Shown here: positions 13,121 to 27,126 of the stretch, one piece after another
Layout: each line of letters starts with the position of its first letter
How positions within the stretch are numbered: the stretch's first letter is position 1
Notes under the pieces: model-generated
The model's input: the letters and a program-made list of their open reading frames with translations, nothing else
What the model was told of the DNA's origin: nothing
Database searches by the model: none
DNA from: Octopus vulgaris
Taxonomy: Eukaryota
Length of the DNA stretch: 64,000 nt
NCBI GenBank assembly: GCA_951406725.2
Contig: OX597816.1
Coordinates: 15,810,001 to 15,874,000 of the forward strand
Direction of reading: 5' to 3'
Made by a program: the position numbers and the translations under genes

Positions 13121-13285
13121 AAAGCACCCACTACACTCTTGGAGTGGTTGGCATTAGGAAGGGCATCCAGCTGTAGAACCTATGCCAGATCAGACTGAAG
13201 CCTGGTACAGCCTTCTGTTTTGTCAGTCCTCAGTCGAACTGTCCAACCCATGCTAGCATGGAAAACAGACATTAAACAATGATAA
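13121..13285 (+). mobile_element. 5'-truncated family C copy
   Basis: aaagcacccactacactc...aaacaatgat. Confidence 0.8.
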
Positions 13286-13459
13286 TTTCATTAGATTTTT
13301 AGAGCAAGGCTAGCAGTTCTTGAGGTGAGGTGCTTTGTCGTATTGACCCTGAGAGGATGAAAAGCAAAGTGAAACTCAGTAGGATTTGGACACAATGTAA
13401 AGAGTCTGATGAAACACTACTAAGCATTTGTCCAACATGCTAACAATTCTGCCTATCAT

Positions 13460-13925
13460 ATTTGTTAGTTGTTTCAGTCATTTGACTGTGGCCATGCTGG
13501 GGCACCATCTTGAATCTGTATTATTATTTTTTATTTATTGCCCACAAGGGGCTACACACAGAGGGGACAAACAAGGACAGATAAACGGATTAAGTCGATT
13601 ACATCGACCCCAGTGTGTAACTGGTACTTATTTAATCGACCCCGAAAGGATGAAAGGCAAAGTTGACCTCGGCGGGATTTGAACTCAGAACATAACGGCA
13701 GACGAAATAAGGCTGCGCATTTCGCCCAGCGTGCTAACATTTCTACCAGCTCACCGCCTTGAATCTTTAGTTAAATGAATCAACCCCAGTATTTATTTGT
13801 TTTCAAGCCTGAAACTTATTCTATTGGTCTCTTTTGCCAAACTGCTAAGTTACAGCGGCATAAATGCATAACACCAGTTGTCAAGCAATAGCGTGGGATA
13901 AACGCAAACTGAAACACACACATAA
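13460..13925 (-). mobile_element. SINE B (13525-13760) nested in the 3' half of a SINE A
   Basis: cttgaatct is duplicated at both ends of the B copy. Confidence 0.75.
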
Positions 13926-14013
13926 TTATATGTGTGTTTCGTTTTTACTGGTGAGTGTGTTAAATTATAAGGCACAAAAAGAAAATGACTCTCCCCAGAC
14001 ACAACAGTATATA

Positions 14014-14054
<41 letters not shown>

Positions 14055-14426
14055 GAATAAATATTCAAAAATATTTATATAGATATCATTATTAATTATT
14101 AACATTAAGTAAAATGAATAATAGTAATATAGGTGGCCAACAAGCAAAAGCCATTAAATGACAAATCCAAAATTTTATAGTTAATTTATAAAAGGGCACA
14201 CATTGTGCCAACATTTACAACAATGCTGACACCAAGTGTGCTTTATGATTTTATATATATATATTTTACATTATTTTTTTTTTATTTAGTTTCAGCTCAC
14301 AAGCTGTGGCCATGCTGGGGCACCGCCATTTGGTGTTGCTACATGATTTTACTTCACAAATGCTTTTTAGCAAATGCCATCTGGTGCATGAGAGAGTTCG
14401 ATGCAGCTGCCCTCATCTATATATCC

Positions 14427-14457
<31 letters not shown>

Positions 14458-14949
14458 CATTCCTTTCAGTTTCTGTCTACCAAATCTACTTACAAGGCTT
14501 GACCTCGTTTGCTTGACCTCATCACTATTGTTTTAACATCTACTTTTCCATGCTGGCAAAGAAATTTGTTGAGGAATTCAGATGGAATTTATTGAGATTG
14601 ATTTCCTACAGTCAGACACCCTTCCTGTCATCTGCCCTCACCAGTTTCCATGTAAGGTAATATTTCTCCATGGCTTGTTTCATGGTGATGAAACATAAAT
14701 TTGGTTTTAGCAAGAATTGAACTTATGACACATGAAACACAAATAAACACTGAAAGCCATTTTATCCAACATTATTCACGTTTCAGCCAATTTACCAAAG
14801 AAGATTAGTCATAAAAATAATTATTTTGATAATATGCAAATGCTGTAGTTTGTAAAACTGTTGTCCCAACAATATCTGTCTGTATGGGGGAAATGGGTGT
14901 GAAGAGAGTAAAGGGAAGAGGTGAAAACTAAAAGGAGAGGGAGAGAAAC

Positions 14950-15660
14950 AATCCTGAAGGAGAGAGGGAGAGGGGGAGAGAGAGGGGCACAGAAGATAGA
15001 AAGACAAATAGAGAGAGGAGCATTAAAGGAGACAAGATAAAAGAGAGAGGGGTATAGAGGAAGAGAGACATAAGAAGAGACAGAGAAAGACAGAAATAGG
15101 GGCAAAGAAGAGAGAAAGACAGAGAGGGTCATGGGAAGGGATAGAGGAAGATGGAAGGGCATAGAAGGAGAGAGAGAAAGACAGAGAGAAGTGCACAGAG
15201 GAAGAAAAGAGAAAACAGAGAGAGGGGGACAGAGGAAGATAGAAAGACAAATACAGAGAGGGGCATTAAAGGAGACAAGACAAAAGAGAGAGGGGTATAG
15301 AGAAAGAGAGAGGGGTATAGAGGAAGAGAGAGGGGTATAGAGGAAGAGAGAGGGGTATAGAGGAAGAGAGGCATAAGAAGAGACAGAGAAAGACAGAAAT
15401 AGGGGCACAGAGGAAAAGGGAAAGACAGAGAGAGTCATGGGAAGGGACGGAGGAAGATGAAAGTGCACAGAAGAAGAGAGGAGAAAACAGAGAGAGGGAC
15501 ACAGAGGAAAATAGAAAGAAATACAGAGAGAGGGACACAGAAGAAGAGAGGGGAAAACAGAGGGAGGGGCACAGAGGAAGATAGAAAGAAATAAAGAGAG
15601 GGGGGCATAGAAACAGACAGAGAAATATGAAGGAAGATGGAAAGAGAGGGAGAGAGAGAT
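14950..15660 (+). repeat. Purine-rich composite minisatellite (subunits of about 20 bp in a duplicated higher-order block)
   Basis: agaggggtatagaggaagag units; the block starting at about 14980 recurs at about 15225. Confidence 0.85.
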
Positions 15661-17544
15661 ACTTCTCAGTCCCTGCAAGAATTCCCATCACCTTATTTAA
15701 TTAACTGAATCTACAAGTGGTGGCCAAATAATTTAACTTGTATTTCGCACACGATATCATAAAGTCATTATGAAAGCCAAACATGCATAATATTAGCATC
15801 ACTAAGAATTTGACGACAAGGTGATAGATAAATGGGAATAAGATAAATATATTAAAAGATAAATGATGGCTTTTCTAATGACATTTGTCACTGGAATCAG
15901 CAGACCATTCCAACATAGAATGTAAAACACAAAATAAGAACTAAATCTAAACTTAGTTGATACAAAGATTAGTATCAGCCCTCCACCACCATGCTCTCCT
16001 GCCCCTCACCAGGTATGTATGAGCAAAAGTGGGGACATTTATATTGGTGTTTAAGCAATCAATTTACTAGAAACAGCAGTAATATCTCCTTCAGACCAAG
16101 GCCTAATATTTTGAAATGGCAATTACATATTTGGTATCAATAAATGTTCACTTTTCCAAGTGTGCTTGATTCAGTCAGTATTTATTGGGTTCGATTTTCT
16201 ACAGCTGGATGCTCTTCCTGTTGCCAACTCTTACCACTTTCCAAGCAAGGTAATATTTCACCATGAGAGACAGGAAACGAATAACATCACTTGTATGATG
16301 GTGATGCTTCTTTTTCAATTATCACATGAAATCAAGACAAGAGTACACACATACACACGATGGGCTTCTTTCAGTTTCCATCAACTAAATCCACTCACAA
16401 GGCTTTAGTAGAAGATGCTTGCTCAAGATGCTGCACAGTGGGACTGAACCCAAAACCACATGGTTAGGAAGCAAGCTTCTTAACCACAGAGCAAAGCCTG
16501 ATAAGGAAAAGATAAAAAGGTGAGGTGGTCACACCTGGGTTGTCTTTCACCACATGTCTATTCATACAAGGTTGACCTGGAGCTAAGCAACAACAACAAC
16601 AACTAAGAAAACCATGAGACGAAATATAATTTGTGATATATTAAAAAAAATTTTGATTACATCACTGATCTCGTTTAGAAAAGTAATAAAAATAATTTCT
16701 GAAAGTAAACTTTGATTTTAAACTTTAATCCATATTGTGCACAAATGTACATTATCAATCTAATTGTAGCTAACATTATTGTACATTAGCAATATATCAT
16801 ACATTAACATTTCCAGATTTAAACAAACACCTGTATAATTTGCATAAATTTCACCACCACAAAACACACAAATAAGATGGATGCCTTTGTTAAAATTCTG
16901 ACATTATTTTACAGATAATAAAAGGATGAGAAAAAAGGTGAGGAATAACTGGGGTTATAATCAAGCAGCGATATAACATAATTGCAATCCCAGTTCTTAA
17001 ACAAACAAAAGATGCATGGTTAATAACAGTTAATGTGAGAGGAAAATATTTACAAATACTTCCACATCATACTCCAGAGAAACATGTGAGCGTGAATGAG
17101 AAAATTGAGAAAATAAAGTAATATCATAAATCTAAGGTGTGACCTTTCATATTTGATTTGTAACCAGACTATTAATGAATGACACTTCAATAAATGGGTT
17201 TTACAAGAAACTGTGCAAGGGTTGTCTTACTTAAACAATGAGGAGAAATAGAGCAAAACAGAAAAGCAGAAGACAAGGTTTGGTGGTGGGGGCCATGCTG
17301 TTTTAACATCATTTCTTCTTAAAAGACAACACCTTCATCTCACACACACACTTCACTATCAATTATATTCTTAATAAACAAGTTATCTCACCTGGCCCAT
17401 TTTTTAACTGCCATTCTTACCTAATTCTTAACTCAACCAGCAAAACTAAGTATGCCATGCCACTCCCTGAATATTCATTTCCAAATTCCAAATGAATAAT
17501 CTTGAAACATCTGTTTTCCTGGGGTTTTTTTAAAAACTTTTCTC

Positions 17545-17775
17545 ATTTCTTTATTACTCACAAGGGGCTACACACAGAGGGGACAAACAAGGAGAAACAA
17601 ACGGATTAAGTCGATTATATCGACCCCAGTGTGTAACTGGTACTTAATTTATCGACCCTGAAAGGATGAAAGGCAAAGTCGACCTAGGCAGAATTTGAAC
17701 TCAGAACGTAGCAGCAGACGAAATACCGCTAAGCATTTCGCCCTGCGTGCTAACGATTCTGCCAGCTCGCCACCT
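17545..17775 (-). mobile_element. SINE family B
   Basis: Near-consensus copy. Confidence 0.85.
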
Positions 17776-18791
17776 TTTTTTTTTTTTTTGTTTACTTTTC
17801 TTTTAACACAGTTTATAACTTCTACTCACTTTGTTTTTGACAGACACCTTCAGTAACTTAAGGAAGTGTGTAACAAATACTATGTCCCCTTATTAAGGCC
17901 CTTGCTTTAGTATTTAAACTGGCCATATCTGACTTATCTATTCTGCCTGTTTTATGTTCAAACTGATCAACTTCAGCTTCTCACACCTACCTAAATGTCA
18001 TTCAAAAAATATGCAATTACATCATCAAAATGCTGAAGCAATGAGATAATTATCAACAATAAGGCTGAGGGAAAATACTTCAAGGGGAGGATTCATTGTA
18101 TCGTTGGTCACCCCACATTTCTTATCCACCATCCACAACACCCAACCTGCAACTCCTACAGTTGTCACCTACTCTCCCCTACCTTCCTTATTTATCCTTT
18201 AATTCCTGCTTTTTGTTATATTCATCCCGTACCCATCTCTCATTCTCCATTTCTAGCCACCTCTCACTCTCCCACACACCTCTGCAACCTCTACCCACCT
18301 TCACTCCCTATTATCCTGTCCATCATAATACCTTATTACCACTATTTCATGCTTTCTAAGCTTCTCCATGCCCACCCTGTCCCTCATTCTCCCTTCTAGC
18401 CATGTCGCTCCTCCATAGTAAGAAACCTTTCTGTTCTGGCCCCTTCTTTCATATTCAACCCCCTCATCTCCTAACATAAAGACCATCTCCTTCTCTACTG
18501 TAGCCCCACTCATTTGAAGACAATCTTAGTCTTGCAAGCTGCACAGCAACCTCGTAGTACCTCAGATGGTACCACACAAAAAACACCCAGTAAATGCTGT
18601 AAAGTGGTCAGCATTAGGAAGGGTATTCAGATATAGAAACCATGTCAAGGCAAACACTGAAACATGATGCAGCCCTTGGACTGACTGGATCCTATCAAAC
18701 TACCCCATCTGAGGTCAGTATAAAACATGGATGTTAAAATGCCGATGATGATGGTGATACTGAAAATATATAAGTAAATGTTTCGGATATG

Positions 18792-20113
18792 CAGTGGCAT
18801 AGCTAGGGTAAACCGTGCCTGGGGCAAGCTGCAAAAATGTGCCACACCCACCACCGCCATTACAAAATCCACGATATTATATAGTACTTATTTGTTACAC
18901 GTAATTAATGTTTTAAAGGAGGAAGATTCGTTAGCATGCTGGGCGAAATGCTTAGCAGTATTTTGTCTGCCGTTACATTCAGAGTTCAAATTCTGCCAAG
19001 GTCAACTTTGTCTTTGATCCTTTCAGAGTTGGTAAAATAAGTACCAGTTACACACTGGGGTTGATATAATTAACTTAATCCCTTTGTCTATCATTGTTTG
19101 TCCCCTCTATGTTTAGCCCCCTGTGGGCAATAAAGAAATAAATATTTTAGAAATAAATACTTTACCTGGGGCAAGCTGCAAAAATGTGCCCCCCCCTTAC
19201 AAAATCCACAATATCATATAGTACTTATTTGTTACAAGTAATTAATGTTTTAAAGCAGGCAGCATCGTTAGCATGCTGGGCGAAATGCTTAGTAGTATTT
19301 CATCTGCCATTATATTCTGTGTTCAAACTCTGTCAAGGTCAATTTTGCCTTTTATCCTTTTGGGGTCAATTAAATAAATACCAGTTACACACTGGGGTCG
19401 ATGTAATCAATTTAATCCCTTTCTCTGTCATTGTTTGTCTCCTCTATGTTTAGCCCCCTGTGGGCAATAAAGAAATAAATATTTTAGAAATAAATACTTT
19501 ACCTGGGGCAAGCTGCAAAAATGTGCCCCCCCACCTTACAAAATCCATGATATCATATAGTACTTATTTGTTACAAGTAATTAATGTTTTAAAGCAGACA
19601 AAATCATTAGCACGCTGGGCGAAATGCTTAGCAGTATTTCATCTGCTGTTACGTTCTGAGTTCAAATTCTGTCAAGGTCAATTTTGCCTTTTATCCTTTC
19701 AGGGTCAATTAAATAAGTACTAGTTACACATTGGGTCGATGTAATCAACTTAATCCCTTTGTCTGTTGTTGTTTGTCTCCTCTATGTTTAGCTCCCTGTG
19801 GGCAATAGAGAAATAAATATTTCAGGAATAAATACTTTACCAGGGTTCGTTTACCAGCCAGTTTGGTACAGCCTGTAATTCAAAATATATTTTTTGAATG
19901 TTTACTTTTATGAAACCTCCCTATTTTAACTATTTAATGCACCAGCTTCCCTGATTGAAACATTAAAAAAACCTAATGTGTGAAATGAGATATAATAAAT
20001 AAAAAAATACAGTTGGTTAACGTCTCATCTTCCTTGATTTTGATGAGGTGTCCCTCCTTCAATCAGTACCTGGGGCACATGCTCCCAACCCACCCGCACC
20101 TGTTACGCTACTG
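18792..20113. mobile_element. hAT-type non-autonomous element containing a triplicated unit of about 338 bp that carries a SINE B
   Basis: Termini cagtggcatagc / gttacgctactg; 8-bp flanks cggatatg/caaatatg (6/8); units start at 18818, 19165 and 19502. Confidence 0.75.
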
Positions 20114-20806
20114 CAAATATGTAAATATAGTTAAGTTAGAAAACTGATTCACTAAGATTGTCTCTGCAGTTTGCTGACAAAAATCTCACTTGAGACGGAT
20201 ATAACTATTTTGATAATTGCCTGGAACCACCTCTAGTTCCATCATACAAATTCTGTGTTTTAAATTAATCTAAATTAAAATCGTCCATCAATTTGTTAAT
20301 CTATGTTCCAAAGGCCAGCCTAGTAATGACAAAGTTATTTTGCTAAATTTTTTTTGTTTTCAAAATTAATTGTAACAAAGACAGTGAATTTCAAGGGAAA
20401 TATTGTAACAAAAATCTAACTCCATCCCATTGTCACAAATAACTGGATTTTCAGTTTTATTTTCAAAAATGTGAAGTCATTTCAAATGACAAAAGCCAAC
20501 TGCATCAGCCGCACAGTGAAGAAAACTAAAAGATAAATAATAGCCTTGTTTTGTAATGCATTCCTTCTGAGTAAACTTCTTAACCTTTCAGCATTAAAAA
20601 GTGTGCAATTCTACTTGCCAATGGAGACTATTGCTTGTTATTTCAATAAATTCATTATTTTTAAATGAAAGAAGGACTGTGTATTTCAATAGAAATCTGG
20701 TAATGAAAGGGTTAAAATCTAAAAAATAATAAAAAGTGCAGGTAATTTCAATAATATTAGCTGTCTGAAATATTTTGAAAATGAAGACAATACAGACAGG
20801 AAGGCT

Positions 20807-21212
20807 ACTCTTTTACTTGTTTCAGTCATTTGACTGTGGCCATACTGGAGCACTGTCTTTAGTTGTGCAAATCGATCCCAGGACTTATTCTTTGGAAGCC
20901 TTGTACTTATTCTATTGGCCTCTTTTGCTGAACCGCTTAGTTACGGGGACATAAATACACCACCATCAGTTGTCAAGCGATGCTAGGGGGATAAACACAG
21001 ACACACAAACATATATAAACACACACACACACACATATATGTAATATATATGATGGGCTTCTTTCAGTTTCTGTCTACCAAATCTACTCACAAGGCTTTG
21101 GTCGACCTGAGGCTATAGTAGAAGACACTTGCCAAAGGTGCCATGCAGTGGGACTGAACCCGGAACCATGTGGTTGGTAAGCAAGCTACTTACCACACAG
21201 CCACTCTTGCGC
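20807..21212 (-). mobile_element. SINE family A
   Basis: Full-length reverse copy. Confidence 0.85.
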
Positions 21213-21213
21213 C

Positions 21214-23001
21214 AACCTTTTTGTTACCCTATTTCTCTTAAAACACACTGCCTTTGTTTCAAATAATTTTCAAAATAATGAAGAATTTAGTAAAATAACT
21301 CATTAGTAAGGTGAGGGGTGTTAAATTCACATGAAGTTTTAATGTGAAGTTTTAATTTGAATCACTTTAAAACAAGAAATTTGTATCATAGAATCAAGAG
21401 TAGTCTAAGGTGGATTGGTATCAAAACGGTTAAGTTAGGCAAGCCCTGAATTACTACTGACTAAAACCTGTGAAAGATTACCTGAGGTTAACAGAAATGT
21501 GTTACCATTTTGTTACCATATTTCTGTGGAAGTATGATGTCTTGGTTTCCATTAATTTTGAAAATATTGAGTAAGTAGAATTAGTAAAATAACTGTCATT
21601 ATTAAGCTTGTCTTTGAAAAAAAAATTAATATGAAATTTTAATGGAAAGTTTTAATTTCAATCTCTTTAAAATAAGGAGTTTGTGTCAAAGAACCAGGAT
21701 TGGTCTCAGGCTGGCTGGCTGGTATCAAAAGGGTTAAGTTAGCAAAGTCCTGAACTACAACTGATTAAAACTTCTCTCAGATAAATTGAAGCTGACAGGA
21801 GCCTTGTATTAATCCTTTTGTTACAATTTCTGCTGAAATACACTGACTTAAAAAATTTTTTAAATAACAAAGAATCTAGTAAAATAACTCATTATTTCTC
21901 TGGTGTTTGGAACAGAAATTAACATGAAATTTTAATGGAAGTTTTTAATCGAGATTGATTTAAAGTAGAAAGTTTATATTATAGAACCTGGGACAGTCTC
22001 AGGCGATTTGGTGCCAAAATGGATTAAAACCAAATGGTGAAAACAGCAGACATGTATTGATCTTATTAGATCTCCCCAATAAAACATATTCAGCTCAGTT
22101 GGAAAGACTTGGAAACAATCAGAGAAATGCAGGGAATTTAATGTTGCTGATTATGAATATCAACAACAGAAGCAGAGGAAAGATATTTAAAGGGCAGAGC
22201 AGAGTAGTAAATCAAATAGATATATAGTAAGGTTTCACAAGCTGAAATTTCTTGATTAATTTGGAATATCTCTGTGACTAGTAAATAAAATCTCCCTTCA
22301 AAGATGTTTAACCTTTGCATTACCATATTTCTTTTGAGATGCTCTGTGGTTTCTTTCAATTAATTTTAAATATAACAAAGAATTTAGTAAAATAACTTAG
22401 TTATTATTAAGCTAATGCTAGGCACATAAACTGTGACTAAGGTTTGGTGGAAGATTTTAATTCAGAACTTATGAAAACAAGACATTTGTAATCAGAGCCA
22501 GAGGTGGTTATGGTGACTTTAACCATTTTGTCACCATATTTCTGCTGAGATGTTCTGTGTTCCTTTCAATTAATTTTAAATATAACAATGAATTTAGTAA
22601 AATAACTTAGTTATATTTCAGCTAGTGTTAGGAACATAAATTGTTGTCTAAAATTTGGTGGAAGATTTTAATTCAGAACTTATGGAAACAAGACATTTGT
22701 ACTCAGAGCCAGAGCTGGTTTCAGCCAGGTTGGTATCAAAAGGGTTAAGAATTGTTTCTCTATTATATATTTTAACCCTTTTGTTACCATATTTCTGTTG
22801 AGATGCTCTATGTTTCTTTCAATTATTTTAAATATAACAAAGAATTTAATAAAATAACTTAGTTATCATTCAGCTAGTGTTAGGAACATAAATTTTTGAT
22901 TATGGTTTGGTGGAAGAATTTAATTCAGAACTTATGAAAACAAGAGGTTTGACCTACTGAACCAGAGGCGGTTTCAGCCTGATTGGTATCGAAAGGGTTA
23001 A
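21214..23001 (+). mobile_element. Cluster of about six piggyBac-type MITE copies of about 230 bp (family 1)
   Basis: TTAA-CCCTTTTGTTACC...GGTATCAAAAGGG-TTAA; the best copies are 22519-22748 and 22772-23001. Confidence 0.85.
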
Positions 23002-23061
23002 AATCTAAAATCAAGTCGGGGAGATAACTAATGTCATGAAATGTCACTTTATCACTTTTAC

Positions 23062-23160
23062 CTTCTGCATTTGTAAAATAATCAAAATCAAACAGTATCT
23101 ACTTTCTCTTTGCTGCAATCAGTAAAAAATGTTAGAACCTCTGGTACAAAATCTTTGCTA
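23062..23160 (-). other. Candidate exon
   Basis: Long pyrimidine tract ttttttttccctttattattttctag| and donor AAG|gtaaaa. Confidence 0.4.
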
Positions 23161-23214
23161 CTAGAAAATAATAAAGGGAAAAAAAAATTATGTTAAAGGT
23201 TTTTAACTAATTAA

Positions 23215-23768
23215 CATGTTAACTAATTAACATACTCTCTCTTTTTACTCTTTCACCCTTGTACTTGTTTCTGTCATTTGACTATGGTCATGCTGGAGCA
23301 CCGCCTTTAGTCGAGCAAATCGACCCCAGGACTTATTCTTTGTAAGCCTTGTACTTACTCTATTGGTCTTTTATGCTGAACCGCTAAGTTACGGGGATGT
23401 AAACACACCAGGATTGGTTGTCAAGTGATGTTGGGGTGACACACACAGACAACAAATGTCTACACACATATACATACGTATATATATATATATATATACA
23501 TATGTACGACGGGCTTCTTTCAGTTTCCATCTACCAAATCCACTCACAAGGCTTTGATTGGCCCGAGGTTATAGTAGAAGACACTTGCCCAAGGCGGCGC
23601 CATGCAGTGGGACTGAACCCGGAACCATGTGGTTCGCAAGCAAGCTACTTCCACACAGCCACTCCTACGCCTACTAGTCATAGGGATATTCCAAGTTAAT
23701 CAAGAATTTTCAGCTTGTGAAACCTTACTATATATCTATTTGATTTATTAGTCTGCTCCACCCTTTAA
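23215..23768 (-). mobile_element. SINE A plus a captured inverted local segment, flanked by a 25-bp TSD
   Basis: atgttaaaggtttttaactaattaa at 23190-23214 and 23769-23793. Confidence 0.85.
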
Positions 23769-25698
23769 ATGTTAAAGGTTTTTAACTAATTAATTTGTTC
23801 TTAGCTAAACACCTTTTCTAATAATTATATTTTAAATTCATCACTTAACTTCAAAGCTTCCTTGTAATTTGCTCCATACTGTCTCATTGTGAAGGACACA
23901 TTCTCAATTCTCTGAGATTATGCCCATAATCAGTTGGTGAAAACCCCGTCTAAGTGTGTTTTAAAGTTTAAAAAGGAAGGGGCAAAATGCTTAGAAGCAT
24001 TTTGTCTGTTTTTACATTCTGAGTTCAAATTCTGTCAAGGTAGACTTTGCCTTTCTTCCTTTCAGAATCGACAAAATAAGTACTAGTTGGGTACTGGGGT
24101 AACAACTAGCCCCCCACACACACACACAAAATTTCAGGCCCTGTGCTTATAGTAGAAACGAATATTATGAAATATCAACCTTATAACTTTCACTTTCCAC
24201 ATACCTAATCCTTAATTTCAGTCCCCTTCAGTTATCCTTTACTGTTGTTCCTTTCCTAAAAACGGGATCTATGAATTATCACTAACCACTTATACTCCTA
24301 AATGAATGACAGAATTTCAATAACATCCTCTCTTGAAATTCTAAATGGTATTAACTCATATATTCCTCTCTCCATTGACTTATCTTTTCCCGTTCTTTTC
24401 CAGTGAGAGCCTTTATAACAAATATCTTCTCATAGAAACCTGTCAATTCAAATGCAATAACAATGAAATACAAATTCAGCTTAAAGAACAACCACAGCAA
24501 CCCTCTTTTATACACTCAAACATACTTGAATTTTACAAAATTCATCATCATCACCACCATTGTTTTAATGTCCACTTTTCTATGCTTGCATGGGTTAGAT
24601 GGAATTTGTTAAGACAGATTTTCCATGGCCAGATTCCCTTCATGTTGCCAACCCTCCCCTTTGCTTGCAAGCAGGTAATATTTTGCTATGGAAACAGGAA
24701 ATTAACAGCACTGCTTGTATGACAGTGATTCTCATTTACAGCAATTCACATGATTCAATACCCCCCCCCCAATCCACTGCATACAAGTACAGAAGTACTT
24801 GCAGTGTATGGTGGGAGGAGTGCAACTCACCTATTTTGTAGGTTCTTTTATAGCTTTGATCCCTTCTAGCTGGGATATATTCATAGGAGCCCTACCTGCC
24901 AAACCTCTAGCCAGAACATAATGGCAAATCCCCTCAAGTCATGAGGCCACATATATCCATCCCATACAAAAGCCCCAAGGTGAAGAGGCCTACATTAGTC
25001 ATGCATTTGCTCACGTGATTTTCCCTTGCTCTTGTCCTTTCAGCAAGGACCCTCAGCCGTTTGTGTGACATCACTGATCCTTTAATTTCCAGCCCATCCC
25101 AGCACCACAATATGTACACACACAGACTTACACACACAACAGGCTTCTTTCAGTTTCCATTTACTCACAAGTTTTTCGGTCAGCCTGACTCTAAGTAGAA
25201 AATGTTTGCCCAAGGTGCCACACAACAGAACTGAACCCAAGACCACATGGTTAGGAACCAAGCATTTTCACTCCACACCCACACTTGCACTCAATACATG
25301 GAAATCATTAGCAACCGAAACCTTCTGATTGGCCATAAAATATTGGTTCATGTTAAAGCTATTTTTTTTTCCACCTGTTATAGTAACAACCAATTCTGAC
25401 GATTCTTAACGATTTCTCATCAACAACTTTCTTTCACCTCATTATTGATGTTTTAAAAAAATAATCTCCATTAGCCCTCCGGCTCTTATAGAGGTTATAC
25501 AATCAATCCATTCATAAAATTTTTTTCATGGAGTGTTTTACAATGTTTTTTGCTAACAGGAACATTTCCTGTAATACAACCAACTTTTTTTTCTAATGAA
25601 TACCTTTGCTGTATTACACAAAAAAAGGCCTTATGAGTTTGCTCATGATCATTCTACCTGCTAAAAATATTAATATCTTCCTCAAATGGCATTCTTAA

Positions 25699-26290
25699 CA
25701 TCATCATTGTTTAACGCCCGCTTTCCATGTTAGCATGGGTTGGATGATTTGACTGAGGACTGGCAAACCAGATGGCTGCACCAGGCTCCAATCTTGATCT
25801 GGCAGGGTTTCTACAGCTGGATGCCCTTTCTAATGCCAACCACTCCGAGAGTGTAGTGGGTGCTTTTACGTGCCACCGGCACAAGGGCCAGCAGACAGTA
25901 CTGGCAATGACCAAGGCGGCGAGCTGACAGAAATGTTAGCACGCTGGGCAAAATGCTTAGCAGTATTCTTCTGCCGTTACGCTGTGAGTTCAAATTCTGC
26001 TGAGGTCGACTTTGCCTTTCATCCTTTTGGGGTCGATAAATTAAGTACCAGTTACGCACTAGGGTTGATGTAATCGACTTAATACCTATGTCTGTCTTTG
26101 TTTGTCTCCTCTATGTTTAGCACCCTTGTGGGTAATAAAGAAATAGGTACTGGCAATGACCTCGCTCGAATGTTTTTTCACATGCCACCAGCACAAGTGC
26201 CAGTAAGGCGACACTGGTAACAATCATACTTTTACGTGCCACCAGCACAAAAGCCAGTTAGCCGCTCAGGCAATGATCATACTCGGATGA
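25699..26290 (-). mobile_element. Family C copy with SINE B (+, 25913-26146) inserted
   Basis: 15-bp TSD gtactggcaatgacc at 25898-25912 and 26147-26161. Confidence 0.85.
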
Positions 26291-26827
26291 TTAGCTTAAA
26301 CTGGAAGGGCACTTTGGATAATGTATTTCTTGATGTCTGAAGAAATAAAAACGCTATTGGTCATGGCTGGGATGTTTCTGAGTATAAATCTTTTTGACCA
26401 GAACTGACCTGAGGCTAAACTTCAATAAATCTGATATTTTTGTTGTTGTTGTTGTTGCTTCCACAAGAGAGGAGGGTAGAGCCTAAAGGGGTCCAAAAGA
26501 CCAGATGAGGGCCATCATCATTTAACGTCTGTTTTCCATGCTGGCATGGGTTGGACAGCTTAACAGTAGCTGGCAAAGCCAGGAACTGTGCCGGGTTCCA
26601 TAAGCTGTTCTGGCATGGTTTCTGCAATTGGATACCCTTCTTAATGCCAACCACTTTATAGAGTGTACTGGGGGTGCTTTTCATGCAGCACCATCACCAG
26701 TGCTTTTTTGGGTGTTAAGGGATGAAATGTGGGTAGGAGAGGTTGTAAACTGAGTGAGGGAAGAAATTTACCACATGTAGACTACCACATGTAGACTACC
26801 ACAAATCATGAACTCAGAGGAATATAT

Positions 26828-27126
26828 TGTTTGTTTTTTGTTCCTTCTCGAGCCATGCCTGGCTCATAAGGGCCGGTATCCTGTATATAGGTTCCCCACC
26901 TGGATGTAACACCAGTCTGTCACAGGTGAGCTGCAAGATGCAGGGGGAAAGAGTAGGAGAAAGTTGTGGCGAAAGAGTCAGCAGAAATTCGCCATTACCT
27001 TCTGCCGGAGCCACATGGAGCTTAGGCGTTTCGCTCATAAAAACACACATTGCCCGGTCTGAGATTCAAACCCGCAATCCTTCGATCGCGAGTCCACTGC
27101 TCTAACCACTAGACCATGTGCCACCA
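26828..27126 (-). mobile_element. SINE family D-related
   Basis: tRNA-like head; 13-bp TSD cagaggaatatat at 26815 and 27127. Confidence 0.85.

Noticed and set aside
14821-15691. 285-aa hydrophobic ORF
   Set aside because: Antisense reading of a purine-rich repeat.
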